Assembly: GCA_012026655.1 (NCBI GenBank)
Contig: JAAILG010001482.1
Coordinates: 1-64,000, forward strand
Reading direction: 5' to 3'
Source of the DNA: Hydrolagus affinis
Lineage: Eukaryota
Length of the DNA: 64,000 bases
Shown in pieces: positions 25,887-37,900 of this stretch (its first letter is position 1; each line of letters begins with the position of its first letter). The notes under the pieces were generated by a model that saw nothing but the letters and a program-made list of their open reading frames with translations, made no database searches and had not been told where the DNA came from. The translations under genes and the position numbers were made by a program.

Positions 25887-26683
25887 CAATTGATATTTCA
25901 AAGAACGAGATCTTAATGGACATAAATGAAAAGAGCAAGAAATACAAAAAGGAAAACTGGCAAATGAAGTGCAGAAAGTGTGTGATTGTTTGTATTTGAA
26001 TTTAGTGAGAGCTGTAGATCTTTGTGGTTTTCAGAGAGCAGAGAAAAACGAGGGGAATTTTAAGAGAGGAAATGTTAATTGTAAATAAGCACAAAAGAAC
26101 TGTTGTGGGGGGTTGGAAGAGGATAGCAGTCAGTCAATGAGATGTTCAACCAAGCTAAAGCTAACACCTGGGATAAGATGCAAATTCTAACAACTCCCTC
26201 ATCTAATTCCTGTTCTGCCCCCAACTAGCACAGATTTTTCAGTTCTGCCATAATAACAACAAAAAAGCAAATTCAATTTTAAAGCGCCTTTCACATTGGA
26301 ATAATGTCCCAAGGAGCTGAACTACTATTAGTTTTCCCTTCTGATTCTCTCTATATCCAATATATCTGATATCTACAAAATACACAAGCCATAGTAAATC
26401 ATTTGAAGCGCTTGGAGATGCGAAAGGCGCAATGTCAAATGCAAGGATTATTATAAATTTAAACTAAACATTTTGTTTTACAAACTTTTGAGAAAATTCC
26501 CCTCACTGTTTCAGTGTGCATTCCAGATGCCCATGCAATGCTGAATAATATTGTAATGTCAGCTTTGTAGATGTATGGAAAAGCTTATTTTCAACACATC
26601 GCAGGGAAATTCCGAGCGCAGTAGAACTTTATCATTTATGGACTCCCACTAACTGTCCCTCTCAAGATCTGATTCCCATTGTA

Positions 26684-27606
26684 TAGTAAAAGCCCGTTTT
26701 TCCGGCACTGTCGGCACCTGGCCAATGCCGGTTAAACGGCATGCTGAATATTCGGGCGGCAAGTTGCCGAAAACCCAACACAAAAAAAATTAACTTACTT
26801 TTAAACATACCATATTAATAATAGATTAAATAATAACAGAATATTGTATGGATACTTACCAATAAAGCAATAAATATCAATTAGTCTATAAACGCAGCAC
26901 ACAATCACAAAGCAAACTTCTACAATGGCGGACAGAAGAGTTTTTTCCTCTTAAAGCGGCGCTGTCGTTTTTTCCTCTTTTTTCTTTCTTTCTCTCCCCT
27001 TCTCGCTCTCTTTCACACACACACTCAGTCAGTCTGGCATCTCAATAGCTCCAAACCCAACCCCCCTCCACTCCTCTCATTTTCCATCTAAATTAATCAA
27101 CTCTCTCCCCTCCTCTCCCCCACCTCTCTCTCCCCCTCCCACTCCTCCGTCTTTCTACCCCCCACATCCCCCCCCTACTCTCTCTCTCCCTGCCTCTCTC
27201 TCCTTCTCCTACCTCACCCCCCACCAAAACAGTGTATAAACCCACGATATAATCAGGCTACACAGGCAATATGTAGTATCCGTCAGAGAGAGAGGGAAAG
27301 AAAGAAAGGGGAAGAGATAGAAAAAAAGAGGGAGAGATAGGGAGGAAGGAAGCTGAGGGAGGGAAAGAAAAAGAGGGAGAGAGGAAAAACCGACAGTGCG
27401 GCTTTAAGAGGAAAAAACGGAAGTGCCACTACCGGCAGCATTCAGAACTAATCATACAGTACTCTCGTGCGACAATCGACTCATTAAATGCGCCACTGCG
27501 ATTGTGCTGGATAAGATCCAGTTATTCGAATGGGGACCTTTTTTTTGAGGTGCCGGTTATACGGAAGTTACGGTTGATCAGGTCACGGATAAACGGGCTT
27601 TAACTG
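26684..27606. mobile_element. Long (923 bp) non-autonomous Tigger/pogo-like element
   Basis: TA at 26682-26683 and 27607-27608; same TIRs and subterminal sequence as 9014-9241; about 700 bp of extra interior with no transposase ORF. Ends 61 nt before the exon at 27668. Confidence 0.88.
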
Positions 27607-27667
27607 TACATAAATTATGGATTCCCCACGCTGCCATACAACAATAAGTGGTCCTTTTGATTTGCAG

Positions 27668-27777
27668 ATATGAAACTGCACTACGGAGACCTTACTGACA
27701 GCACATGCCTGGTGAAGATCATCAATGAAGTGAAGCCGACTGAAATCTACAACCTGGGTGCACAGAGCCATGTAAAA
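27668..27777 (+). CDS. GMDS: GDP-mannose 4,6-dehydratase, internal coding exon (exon 4 equivalent, 110 nt)
   Basis: tttgatttgcag acceptor; AAA|gtaagt donor. Translates to (N)[36 protein letters not shown]. Phase 1/0, matching the preceding exon. Confidence 0.98.
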
Positions 27778-28299
27778 GTAAGTCACTTTAACCCAAAATT
27801 AATATCCCATGCATTACATACTCAAAACATGGTGAAACCTACATGTAAAACATCAATATTAGATAGATGGATGATGTTTGGGGCATCCTCCTGATATGAA
27901 AGGTGTTCTACAAATATAATTTGTTGTTGTTTTGGAAAATTGAGCAGTTTTCTGAATAACAGTGCTGATGGACATCCATGGAATATGAAACTGAATGGTA
28001 AATAAGGGACCTTCTGGTATTAAAATGGTAATAAATCTAAAATTTAGGAGAAAAAAAACTAATGGAATCTATCATTGATTTACTTTTTCAATCCTTTATT
28101 TCTGGTTTTGTTATTGGCGCTTGTGTAAGTCTTGTTTTGAGAAGATTTATGGCGTTGAAAGAATGAACAATGTGGGCTGTAATGTGCAATTTCTCCATTG
28201 TTTCTGCTGGATTGAAGCTGTAGTGGGTGGTGTGGGGCTGGATATCTGAGCCATACAGGCAAATGTGCAGGACCAAGAATGAGTTGCGCTCTGAAAGAG

Positions 28300-28600
28300 C
28301 CCCTTTTGGCAGCTGCTGACCAATTGCTTCATAAAAAAACCTCTTGCACATCCCTTGTCCCTTCCACTTTACCAATGGCGGTTGTGCTTTCAGCCATTCT
28401 GCATCTAGACTCTGGAACTCTCTGCCTCAATCTCTCCACCTTGTCTCATCATCACCCATCTTCAGATCACACCTGAAGACATTCCTCTTTTAACATTGCT
28501 TACAGTCACCTCCCTCTCTCTCCCAGGCCTGGTGTTGTGTTCCGCCACAGTTAAGTGCTCTAAGATGCTACCCCACGTAAAGGGCATATAAAATGCAAAC
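28300..28600 (+). mobile_element. L2 LINE 3' end
   Basis: ggcggttgtgctttcagccattctgc...ctctggaactctctgcctcaatctctc (GGxAFSH.AP.LWNSLP), followed by the tail. Confidence 0.75.
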
Positions 28601-28788
28601 TGCGATCTTTGTGAAATGCTGCATGTTTCCTCTCCTCTTAATAAAATGCTGGTGTCCTCTGCCCTGCAAATCAGTGCTTTTTTCCACACTGAATTCCATG
28701 GCTGCCATGGACTGCCATCTTGGATTTCTGAGCTGACTATTTTTGCTGCAATTTTCTAATGTGAAAGCAGACTTTCAGTGAGTGAGTT

Positions 28789-28820
28789 CAGGAAACCAAC
28801 TACATTGAGTTGGTTTCCTG
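28789..28820. repeat. Perfect 13-bp inverted repeat with 6-nt loop
   Basis: CAGGAAACCAACT acattg AGTTGGTTTCCTG. Confidence 0.9.
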
Positions 28821-28895
28821 TTCTAGTAAATTGTGGACTGAAAAACACTGTTTTTCGATCCCAGAATTGGTAAGCAACATGCCAAGAGGGAAATT

Positions 28896-29050
28896 GAGAA
28901 AAATCTAGGCGTGTTAGTTGAGTCATCGTTCACCATGTCCAACCAGTGTGAGGCAGTGATAAACAAAGTAAAGAGGATACTTGGCTACATTGCCAGAACA
29001 GTTGAATTCCAACATCCAAAACTCCTGCTTAAGCTGTGCAATGTGCTGCA
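28896..29050 (+). mobile_element. CR1 RT C-terminal fragment
   Basis: EKNLGVLVESSFTMSNQCEAVINKVKRILGYIARTVEF...LLLKLCNVL follows the CR1 EKDLGV...QC..A..KA...LG.I.R pattern. Confidence 0.8.
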
Positions 29051-29250
29051 GGATTCACTGGTTAGTGATCGAAAACAGCAACCTTGGTTTTCCCCTTTCA
29101 TATCCCAGAGGGGCTGAGGCCAGTTGTGGTGACTGCTGTTCTCCTAGTTGAGGTGAGGTAACGAACCACAGACTGAAGACCTCACCTGCGACCTCCTTAG
29201 TCTACAGATCTGCTTCACACCAGATGGTAGCTTTACCAACTGAACCATGT
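29045..29250 (-). mobile_element. Ancient tRNA-like-headed SINE fragment (family not assigned)
   Basis: Reverse complement begins tggttcagttggtaaa (A-box-like) and continues caactggcctcagccctctggg. Possibly related piece at 58610-58705(-). Confidence 0.4.
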
Positions 29251-29576
29251 GGAAAATTCATCTGATTTTTTCATTCTCTTTCCCAATATTCCTGCCAAGA
29301 GTTCTCTGACCTCTTGCACAACTAGAATTTTGGCTTGCAGTTTAATTAAAATGTCATATTGGCTTTGCAACGAATGGTACACCCTAAATAGATATTTCCT
29401 TCCAGTTGACTAATCCGTTCTTTTGGACTACTAAACACTAAATCTAATCTAGCATCTCCCTCAGTATTGCACTTCACATTTTATGTTCATGCTGTATTTA
29501 GCCACTAATTGCTTCTAAGAAATTGTTTACACTTTCATTGCTCACTTCTATTTGCTTTGGTTTGTTACTTTAACTT

Positions 29577-29888
29577 ATAAGAATAATGCTTGAATTTGAA
29601 TAGCACTTTTCACGTCTTCTAAACGTCTCAAGCGCTTCACAGAATATACTGTAAAGTGAATTGACTGTATATTTATGAGCAAAATGTGGTAGCCAATTGT
29701 GCACAGCAGTGTCCCACAAACAGTCGTGGATTAAAATGACCAATTTTATTATTGTGTTTTATTTTGGTGAGATTATTATTAGGAGTGTGGAGTAAGGAAA
29801 TTTGCCCAATGTTTTGACCTGCCTGGATTCAAACACAGGGTCTCACAATTGTAAGGCGAGTGCTCTAACCACTGAGCTACAGGACTCC
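29577..29888 (-). mobile_element. Full-length tRNA-Val-headed SINE (GMDS intron 4)
   Basis: On + it ends gtaaggcgagtgctctaaccactgagctacaggactcc, the antisense of the head; body and tail present. Confidence 0.92.
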
Positions 29889-30514
29889 ACAATTTCTGGA
29901 GTACTGAAAAGTTTCTTAATCTCAATTTTCTTTCTTTTTCGGGTACAATTCCCTTTCTAAATGTTTGTCTTCAGTAGCTCATAGCTGTTCTCAATAATTA
30001 TTCTTTTATTGCCCTTATGACGAACATCTGCCTGGCATTTTGCTTGTGTCCCTCAATGAGTTGAGAATTGGGGGGAAGCAACTCATGAATTTCCCAAACT
30101 GCGCCATTTGAACAGCAACAACTTGCATTTATATGGCATCGTCGTGCAGGGTAGCATTTCGGAGAGTTTAAAACACTGAAACACCGACCGTAGAGAAGCC
30201 CATTGTGGTCTCTTGGCTGAGGAGGCTGCTTAGAAAGTCAAGAAGGCACCTGAGGGAAAATGGAAACATTATTGAAATTACGTATAATCAGGGAACAGTG
30301 TGCAGTCGGCATTCGTCATGGCTGGTTGAATAACAGCAGTCCTTACATTTGGCATAGTACCCTTCCCATCAGGAGGATGTTTCAAAGCATTTCAGGATAC
30401 AAGAGGATATACTGTAAAGTGGAGTGAGAGATGTGGACCATTTCTCAAATACCCTTTGTACAACTTGATTTTTTTAAACCTAATTTTCTTGTGTTATGCT
30501 GCTAGTAGCATCAC

Positions 30515-30922
30515 CCCACACTCACCAGCTCCACTGGCTCCCCATCCCTCAGAGGATAGGATGCAAAATCCTCACTTTCAAGGCCCTTCACGGACCTGCC
30601 CCCTCCTGCCTATCTGACCTACTGATACCCCCTATCAACTTGTCTGCTCTCGCTGTTCAGCATCGGTGGCTGGGCTTTCATCTTCTCTGGCCCTATCCTT
30701 TGTAACTCCATGCCTCATCCCTTTGCCTTCCTCACTCCCCTGCCTCTTTCAAGGCACAACTTAAGCTTCCTTTTCTTCCATGCTTCAGCCGCCCTCTCCA
30801 CACTCCCTCATCCCAGCTCTACCCAAAAATGCTCTGGTCTTGATCCCCTGGACTGTTCACAGCCTTGGGATCTCCTCCCAATGTGAAAGGCTCTGAACAA
30901 ATGTAATTTTTTGTTGTTGTAG
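30515..30922 (+). mobile_element. L2 LINE 3' end
   Basis: QLHWLPIPQRI.CKILTFKALHGPAPSCLSDLL followed by the L2 tail and (ttg)n. Confidence 0.85.
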
Positions 30923-31734
30923 TATTGTACCCACCCTTCATGGTTTGGAGTGCAGCCTGTTGTTGCTGGTCAGCCAATATAATGAAGTTCTTCCTATTCA
31001 GTAGCATCCTGCACTTTTCATTTTGTACTAGAGGTCACATCTGAAATGATTGATGGCATGAATAATGCCAATCCCTTTTTGTGATTCTTTCAATACGTTT
31101 TGCACCACTATTTGTATTTGCTGAGTGAATTGGGACAGTTTGTGGACTGTTCTTTGTATCATTAATTGGACTGTTTGTCTTCAATATTTTTACATGTACA
31201 TGTTTATGTTGGCTGACAACCCCAAGAATTTGCAGTTCTCTGTGTATCTCTCTCACTTCTAGTCCATTAAAAATGAGCCATTTCTGAGAGTAAGGAAAAT
31301 AAAATAATAGGAAGTTGGCCTGGTTTCCTGTAGGAAACACATGAAGATGTAATTGATTCTTACAAATACGATTACAGTACTGTAGGAGCATAACTTTCAC
31401 AGAAATATAAACACACGTCATTGTGAAGTGTGAAATTTGTCTTTCACTACCTAATTTTTTAAAACCTTGTCCACCGATGACGAGAATTCTCAGTTGCACG
31501 TTAAGCAGAAGTCTATTTTAATGTTTTACCATTAGCACAGCTGTAGGTGGATTTTGTTCTGCTGGGAGAAAATTGCTAACATATAAGTCGGTGCAGACGA
31601 TTTATTCAGTTAGGGCACGTCTGGGGAATAATGAGGCCACACTTCTCTTTGCCTTCTCCATTCTTGTCCCTTCTCCATGTTATAATGCACTTCTAACATT
31701 TGTATGCACAAAGGATCAGCATGAATGTACAGTA

Positions 31735-31944
31735 CAGTAAAAGCCAGTTTATCCATGACCCGATCAACTGTAACTTCCCTATAACTGGCACTGCAAAAAA
31801 GAAGTCTGTATTCGATTAACTGGAATTTATCCGGAAAAATGCATTTTTAAAAGTTCATTTTTGCGTTTTCGGACGAATATCTGGCACGCGCTTTAACCGG
31901 CAATGGCCAGATCCCGAGGGTGCTGGATAAACGGGCTTTTACTG
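31735..31944. mobile_element. Tigger/pogo-like MITE, 210 bp, opposite orientation to 9014-9241
   Basis: TA flanks; CAGTAAAAGCC...GGCTTTTACTG TIRs. Confidence 0.9.
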
Positions 31945-32020
31945 TATATGATTAGTGTATGAGTGTATCATGTAGGATGCTGTGTGTGGGTGTGTAAGTG
32001 TGTTTGTATAAGAGGGATGT

Positions 32021-32176
32021 AAGAGGGGCTGTGTTTGTATTGCATAGGAAGGAATGTGCATGTATATTGTATAGGAGGAGCTACGCATGCATATTGTGCA
32101 GGAGGGGCTGTGCATGTATATTGTACAGGAAGGGCCATGCATGTAGATTGTGTAGGTGGGCTGTGCGTGTAATGCA
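32021..32176 (+). repeat. 27-bp minisatellite, about 6 diverged units
   Basis: Consensus aggaggggctgtgcatgtatattgtac; units start at 32046, 32073, 32100, 32127 and 32154, with a shorter one at 32021. Confidence 0.85.
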
Positions 32177-32433
32177 AGTAATGCAATTATGTGCGGCAAA
32201 AGAAGCTCAGTGAATTCTACTTTTTATAATGTTTGAGTTTAAACCAAATTTTTTGTTTTATTCGCAATATGGTTGGTATTTAATGGGCCTTTCTTCCCCA
32301 CTCTTTTCTATGTTTCTCCCACAAACATAAGTCAATTCACTTTATAGTATGTTCTGTGAAGCGCTTTGAGACGCCTAGAAGACGTGAAAAGAGCGATATC
32401 AAATGTAAGGATTACTATTCTTATTATATATTA

Positions 32434-32658
32434 CAGTAAAAGCCTGTTTATCCGTGACCCAATCAACCGTAACTTCTGTATAACTGGCACCACAAAAAAA
32501 AAGTCCACATTCGATTAACTGGAATTTATCTGGAAAAATGGGGAAAAAATTTTGTTTGAATTTTTTTTTTGTGGGTGTGTTTTTGGCCGAATATCCGGCA
32601 TGTGCTTTAACCGGCATTGGCCAGGTCCCGAGGGTGCCGAATAAACGGGCCTTTACTA
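32434..32658. mobile_element. Tigger/pogo-like MITE, 225 bp, next to a SINE tail
   Basis: TA at 32432-32433 and 32659-32660; same TIRs; same orientation as 31735-31944. Confidence 0.9.
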
Positions 32659-33170
32659 TATTATATATCAATATAATTAGTGAAATATTTTTCTCTCTTG
32701 CATTTCCAAATTTCCTAGTGAGCAATGCTGCTCGCCTGGAAAGCAGGTTATCCTTGAAGCAGAGCTTGCTCTAGGATGATGCGCTTGGTAAAATAATGTG
32801 AGAATTGGTCAATCCTCTGAGGTATTTTCTGCTGTTCAGTTCCTGAGCTGGGGGTTTGTAGTTCTCCAGGACACTGCTGATGGCAGCACAGCCAGCCTGC
32901 CTCAGGACTTGGAGGATGAGGGCCAGTCACTTGGAACACAGATTCTTCCCATTCAGCTCCTATTAACCCTGCAAGCCAAAGCCTTAACATGTAGGGTGGT
33001 CCTAGCATCAGGAAGCTTGTCAGACAGTGCTTTAATGCAAGCTGTGTGGTTTTAGCTGGTTAGACTCAAGCAGTACCCTAACGCATACTCTGGGGTCCCC
33101 AAGCCTTGGCTTTTGCCAACCAGCACTTAATACTTTAGAATTAGGTAATCAAGGTGTGTCTCTCCAGGGA

Positions 33171-33308
33171 GAGAGTGCATATTCAATTCCAGATACAGGA
33201 ATTTCCATGTGCAGGTGCCATACATGTATGGAACTCTCAGTCTGCTTTGGATACTCCTAAATGGATTTCTGCACGTGCCAGAGCCCCAGCTGATCAAACA
33301 AAAAAAAC
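33171..33308 (+). repeat. Unclassified interspersed repeat, copy 3
   Basis: gagagtgcatattcaattccagatacaggaatttccatgtgcagg...tggaactctcagtctg...gatttctgcacgtgcc...agctgatcaaacaaaa. Confidence 0.7.
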
Positions 33309-34506
33309 CAGCAGTTCCACATTGTTGGCTTTTATTTATAGAAATGAAACTATTTCAGTCTGTATTTTCAAATGCTCCCAGTGCTCTAGCGACTAACTTA
33401 ACCTTTTCAATATACAGTACTGTACTGTACAAATGTAATTTTTAAAATTGATTTTCAGCTGTAATCTTGGTACACATTCCTGTGTCCTGCAAATTCTAAT
33501 GAATAATATAAAGTCTAACCTGTAATTTAAACACTTTATTGTGTTGTTTCAAATGCAATATAATATGAATAATTGTTGCATTGGACAGGATGTGTAGCAT
33601 GCTTCTAACAGAAATATAAGTGGAATGAAAAGTGAAATAATTTTGCAGTGTAGTTGGATTATGTGGCCTTGACATGCTGTATGATATCACAAGAGTGAAA
33701 ATTGTGATATGTAATGTGTTGATGAACATATTGTTGCGGGAATTTTTTTTTGTCAGCGTGGCTCATTGGCACCGCTCTCACCTCTGAGTCATAAGGTTGC
33801 AGGTTGAAATCCCATATGCTATTCCATCACTGTTCACAGTGGTTAAACGCAGAAGTTAGGAGCATGACAAGTTAAACTTCTGGCTTGTGGATCAGCGTTG
33901 TGTGTTAGGGGGATACTGATTCACGTCTAATATATTTTTGTTCAGATGAATTTGTATCCTACTCATGGAAGTCAAATTCATGGTCCATAAGTCAGAATCT
34001 TTGGGGACAATCATTCGACTTGGGATGTAGGGATCCCTTTTCAGCTCACCCACAGACCAGTCGATAATTAACACACAGAATGGTACCTTTTTACAAAGTT
34101 GTGTTAATTAACACATCATACATTGCAGTTTTCACCGCACAATATGTTCCACCTACATCAAGTGAAAAATGTTGCTAAATGTGTATTCAGCTGCCTTCAC
34201 GTCCGATCCCCTTTCCTGAGGCCCAGCAGCCCCATGAAGTGCAATTTCTTCTTTTAAATAGTAAGAAATAGTAATTTCATGATGGTTTGTTTAGAGTGGG
34301 AACTCCTAAGTAAACGTGAGTGATGACTGATAAAGAAATCAGTCACATTTCTGAACAATGCTCCCGTGTTGTGTAAGGCCAGAATGTTGTGTAAACAGGA
34401 AAACAATAAGCACTCCCTTAAGCTGATTGTATTTAAAATGTACACAGTTTTGACAGCGGGTTGTAGAACTGTTTTTTTTAATAAGAAATGCCCAAATTTG
34501 AAGAGC

Positions 34507-34924
34507 AAAACAACAAATTGCATGTATATAGCACCTTTCACGTTGGGATGGACAGTCAAGGGCTTGCCATAAGGTGCAAGGGAATCAAAGAGTGGAGGGC
34601 AAGAGGAGTGGTGGTAGGAAGATAACCAAAGCCTCTTTTGAATAAGAAGGTCTTCAAAGGAGCCTTGAAAGAGGCAAGAGAGGGGGCTCCGGGATTAAGT
34701 TCCAGAAGGTGGGGACAGAATGGCTAAAGGACCAACCACTGATGGTGGACGGGGTGAGGGAGTGGGATCAGGCCAGCACCTGCCGAGCGGAGGGAGGGAT
34801 GGAATGGTTTTAGGAGATCACAGATGTAGGGTAGAGCAAGACCGTGGGTGGAGAGGGAGGATATAAAGGTGAGGACAAGGATTTTAAACTCGATCCACTG
34901 CCGGATGGGAAAGCCAGTGAAGAG
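34507..34924 (-). mobile_element. L2 LINE 3' end
   Basis: Tail at the left end; the minus strand encodes LHWL...IEFKILVLTF-like and LWNL motifs. Confidence 0.8.
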
Positions 34925-37900
34925 TTAAGCTGAGTCCCTCTCTTGCTTAGTTGAATTTTAAAAAAGATTGTCAGTCACAATTTTCTTTAAAATTATTTAA
35001 CAAAATGTTTTTAACATAGTTTTTGTGGGTGTGGGCACACAAGCATTCATGTACATGTTTGCGTAGACCCAATATGTTGCTGTGTATATGTGTGTGTGTA
35101 AAGTGGAAGCCACTTAAGTAGAACACACCAGCCATTTTGTCTTGCTTAAGCGGCTTCCACTGTATGTGTGTGTGTGCGTATGTGTGTGGGTGAGTATATG
35201 TTTGGGTGAGGGTTAAAGGAAAGGAAACCTGTAGTCAATGATCGCATCAACACTCACAGGCCAGTTATGGTTCAACGGAACAGAAAAGCTCTTCTCCTCT
35301 CGCTGCTCTCCTGTCATCCCATTTCCCACACAGTCCTTTTTAGAATCTCAAAGTGACTTCACTGAATTGTACAAAGTGGTGTTGAATATTGAAGGCATTT
35401 TTCTGGTATAGACTCATGTCCCTAGGAACTGGAATGAGATTGGCCAGACCTATTTAGAACTGTTACATGTCATTGACAGTGGGAGGTTTTCATTCCATTT
35501 GTCTAGGCATGGTTTGAGCACGGAGTAGAATAACAGTCTTCTAGACTAGTCTCAAGGAAACAATCTTAAAGAAAGTGTGGACTTATCAGCATTTAAATTA
35601 AGTAATGGTTCAGAAAGACTGGGCAGCATTGTAAAACATTTGTAAAGAAACCGACAGTTAATCTTAACATTAAAAACATTCTTCTTTCCCCCACATATAA
35701 TTGGTATTTTTCACCTTAAAAATACACAGTCACTACTCTTGATAATAATCCCTCAAGAAAAAATAACAAATTTTATCAATTCAAAACACGACCACTTGTG
35801 CGACACTGCTGAGCGCAATTGGCTGCCGTGTTTCGCCCACAGATATACAGTCAATTCACTTTACAGTATATTCTGTGAAGCGCTTTGAGACGTCTAGAAG
35901 ACATGTAAAGCACTATATCAAATGCAGTGATTATTATATTACTTGACAGTAAATCCTGTGAAACGCCTTGAGATGTCCTCCCGACATGAAGCTGTATCAA
36001 ATGTAAGGATTTGGTGGGTTCAGCATTGTCACAGATTTGCAGTACAGAGTGGAGTTCAAAACTCAATTTATGGGCACCTAAGCAATGAGGACAACATATT
36101 TTCTGGGTCACTTTTCCACGATCTGTGTTTTTGTTTTCCTTGTAAAACCGCTGGTGACCAAAATCCCAATCTCACAAATGAGGACAAATTGGGCCATTCG
36201 ATTGATTGCCCGGAATAGTGAGTTTCCACTGCAGTTTCCCTATAGTATAGACAGATGGCGGTAGTGTGTCACACCGTGTTAAGAATCCTTGCCCACTGTA
36301 CAGTATTTCTGATCAGATGCTGCTGAGTTAGTCTATCAATTGCATCCTCGATATGATCTCATCCTGGCAGCAAATGGGATAGGCCAGACAGCCTGGATTG
36401 ATAATTTGACGATGAAATGGAATAAGGAGAACACTTGTGATACTACAACAGCAGCAGCTTGCATTTATATAGCACACTTCACGCAAGGTAGCATCTCTGA
36501 GCACTTCTGCAGCATTACAATATATAATAATCCTTAAAAAAACAAATAATAAAAATTGGTCATTTTCAATCCATGATTGTTTGTGGGACACTGCTGTGCG
36601 CAATTGGCTGCCGTGTGCAATTGGCTGCCGCGTTTCGCCCACAAATATACATACACTTTACACCTTGTTCTGTGAAGCACTTTGACACTTCGATAAGATG
36701 TGATAAGTGCTATATCAAATGGAAGGATTATTATTATTATGATCCTGACGTGAGGCTGTGGTGACCCATATCCTGGTTTGGGCTGGGTTTGGCCTGTGTT
36801 GACTCTGTGTTTAGGCTGTGTGCATCGAGAGCTTGAGCTGTTGGGACCCTGTTGTTGGGCTGCATTTTGTATGTAACAGACACAACAGAACAAGTTGCAA
36901 CTCTGTGCAGAAAATATATCTACAGGATATATATATTTCTGTTTCTTCCTTTGCACACACACCCTCCTATCCCCAAGGTATGGCAAAGTGTTCAGCTGGA
37001 GATCTGATGGTGGTTTATAAATGAGCTTAACCGGAGAAAATCTCCTTTATTTTTTCCAAGACAAATTGGCAAGATAAAGTATTTATAGGAAATAGTTGTG
37101 GAACGTTCTGTTACTGAAAATGCTGGGCTGCCTCAGATTACGGTATGGTTTGGCCAGTGTGCATAAATTTTCAGTCAAGCAAGATTAAAAAGGAACTATC
37201 AGCCCATGAATCAGGGAGGCATGTTCAGCCTGTCTCCCACAAATCTGCCAGCTTTTGAGAAACGCTGCACTCTGTCCTCTCCGCTGTAACGCCAAAATGA
37301 GCAGAACTGGCTTTCAGTCTGTACATTGAATACGTAGTTGGCTGCCGAGTTTTTCCCACAAAATATACAGTCCATTGCAGTATATTCTGTGAAACACTTT
37401 GATATGTCTCGGAGACGCGATAAGGCACTATATCAAATGCAAGGATTATTATTATTATTATAAACTGCTCCTTTAGAGCATGTGTCTGACTGTTCAAAGT
37501 GGCTACTTGGAAATCATCTATTATGTTATTGAACGTTATTTGTGTTTGTGGTATAAAAGTGTAATTATGGTTTCTCACAGGTGGTTTCATTAACCTGTTC
37601 ATGCAGCTAAAGGATATGCATTTTGATTTGTGAGCGAGTTTTTAGTTCAACTGAATTGCAATATAACTTTTTTTGTTATCACTCTACTTGGATAAAATCC
37701 AGCACTTAAGTTTATTTTTCGGGTTGCTGATCAAATGCAACTATAGATGAAGGTGAACCTTTGAATCTCATGTTGACTGTTATTAGAGGATTACAATGTG
37801 TCACTAAGCACAATGGTAAGGATTACATGTTCTTGTCACAACATTTGATACATAGCCAAAAGCAATGATATTTGAAGAGAGTTGATTTCCTTCAGTGAGG

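Noticed and set aside
27778-27894. C-terminal extension of track ORF 27670..27894
   Set aside because: Read-through into the intron past the gtaagt donor; GMD similarity stops at SHVK.
32021-32176. CRISPR-like array and the repetitive ORFs at 31939-32213
   Set aside because: Contiguous diverged 27-bp units with no unique spacers and no cas genes, in vertebrate context; the ORFs are minisatellite artefacts.
32963-33131. piggyBac-like element starting TTAACCCT
   Set aside because: No matching AGGGTTAA right end or TIR.
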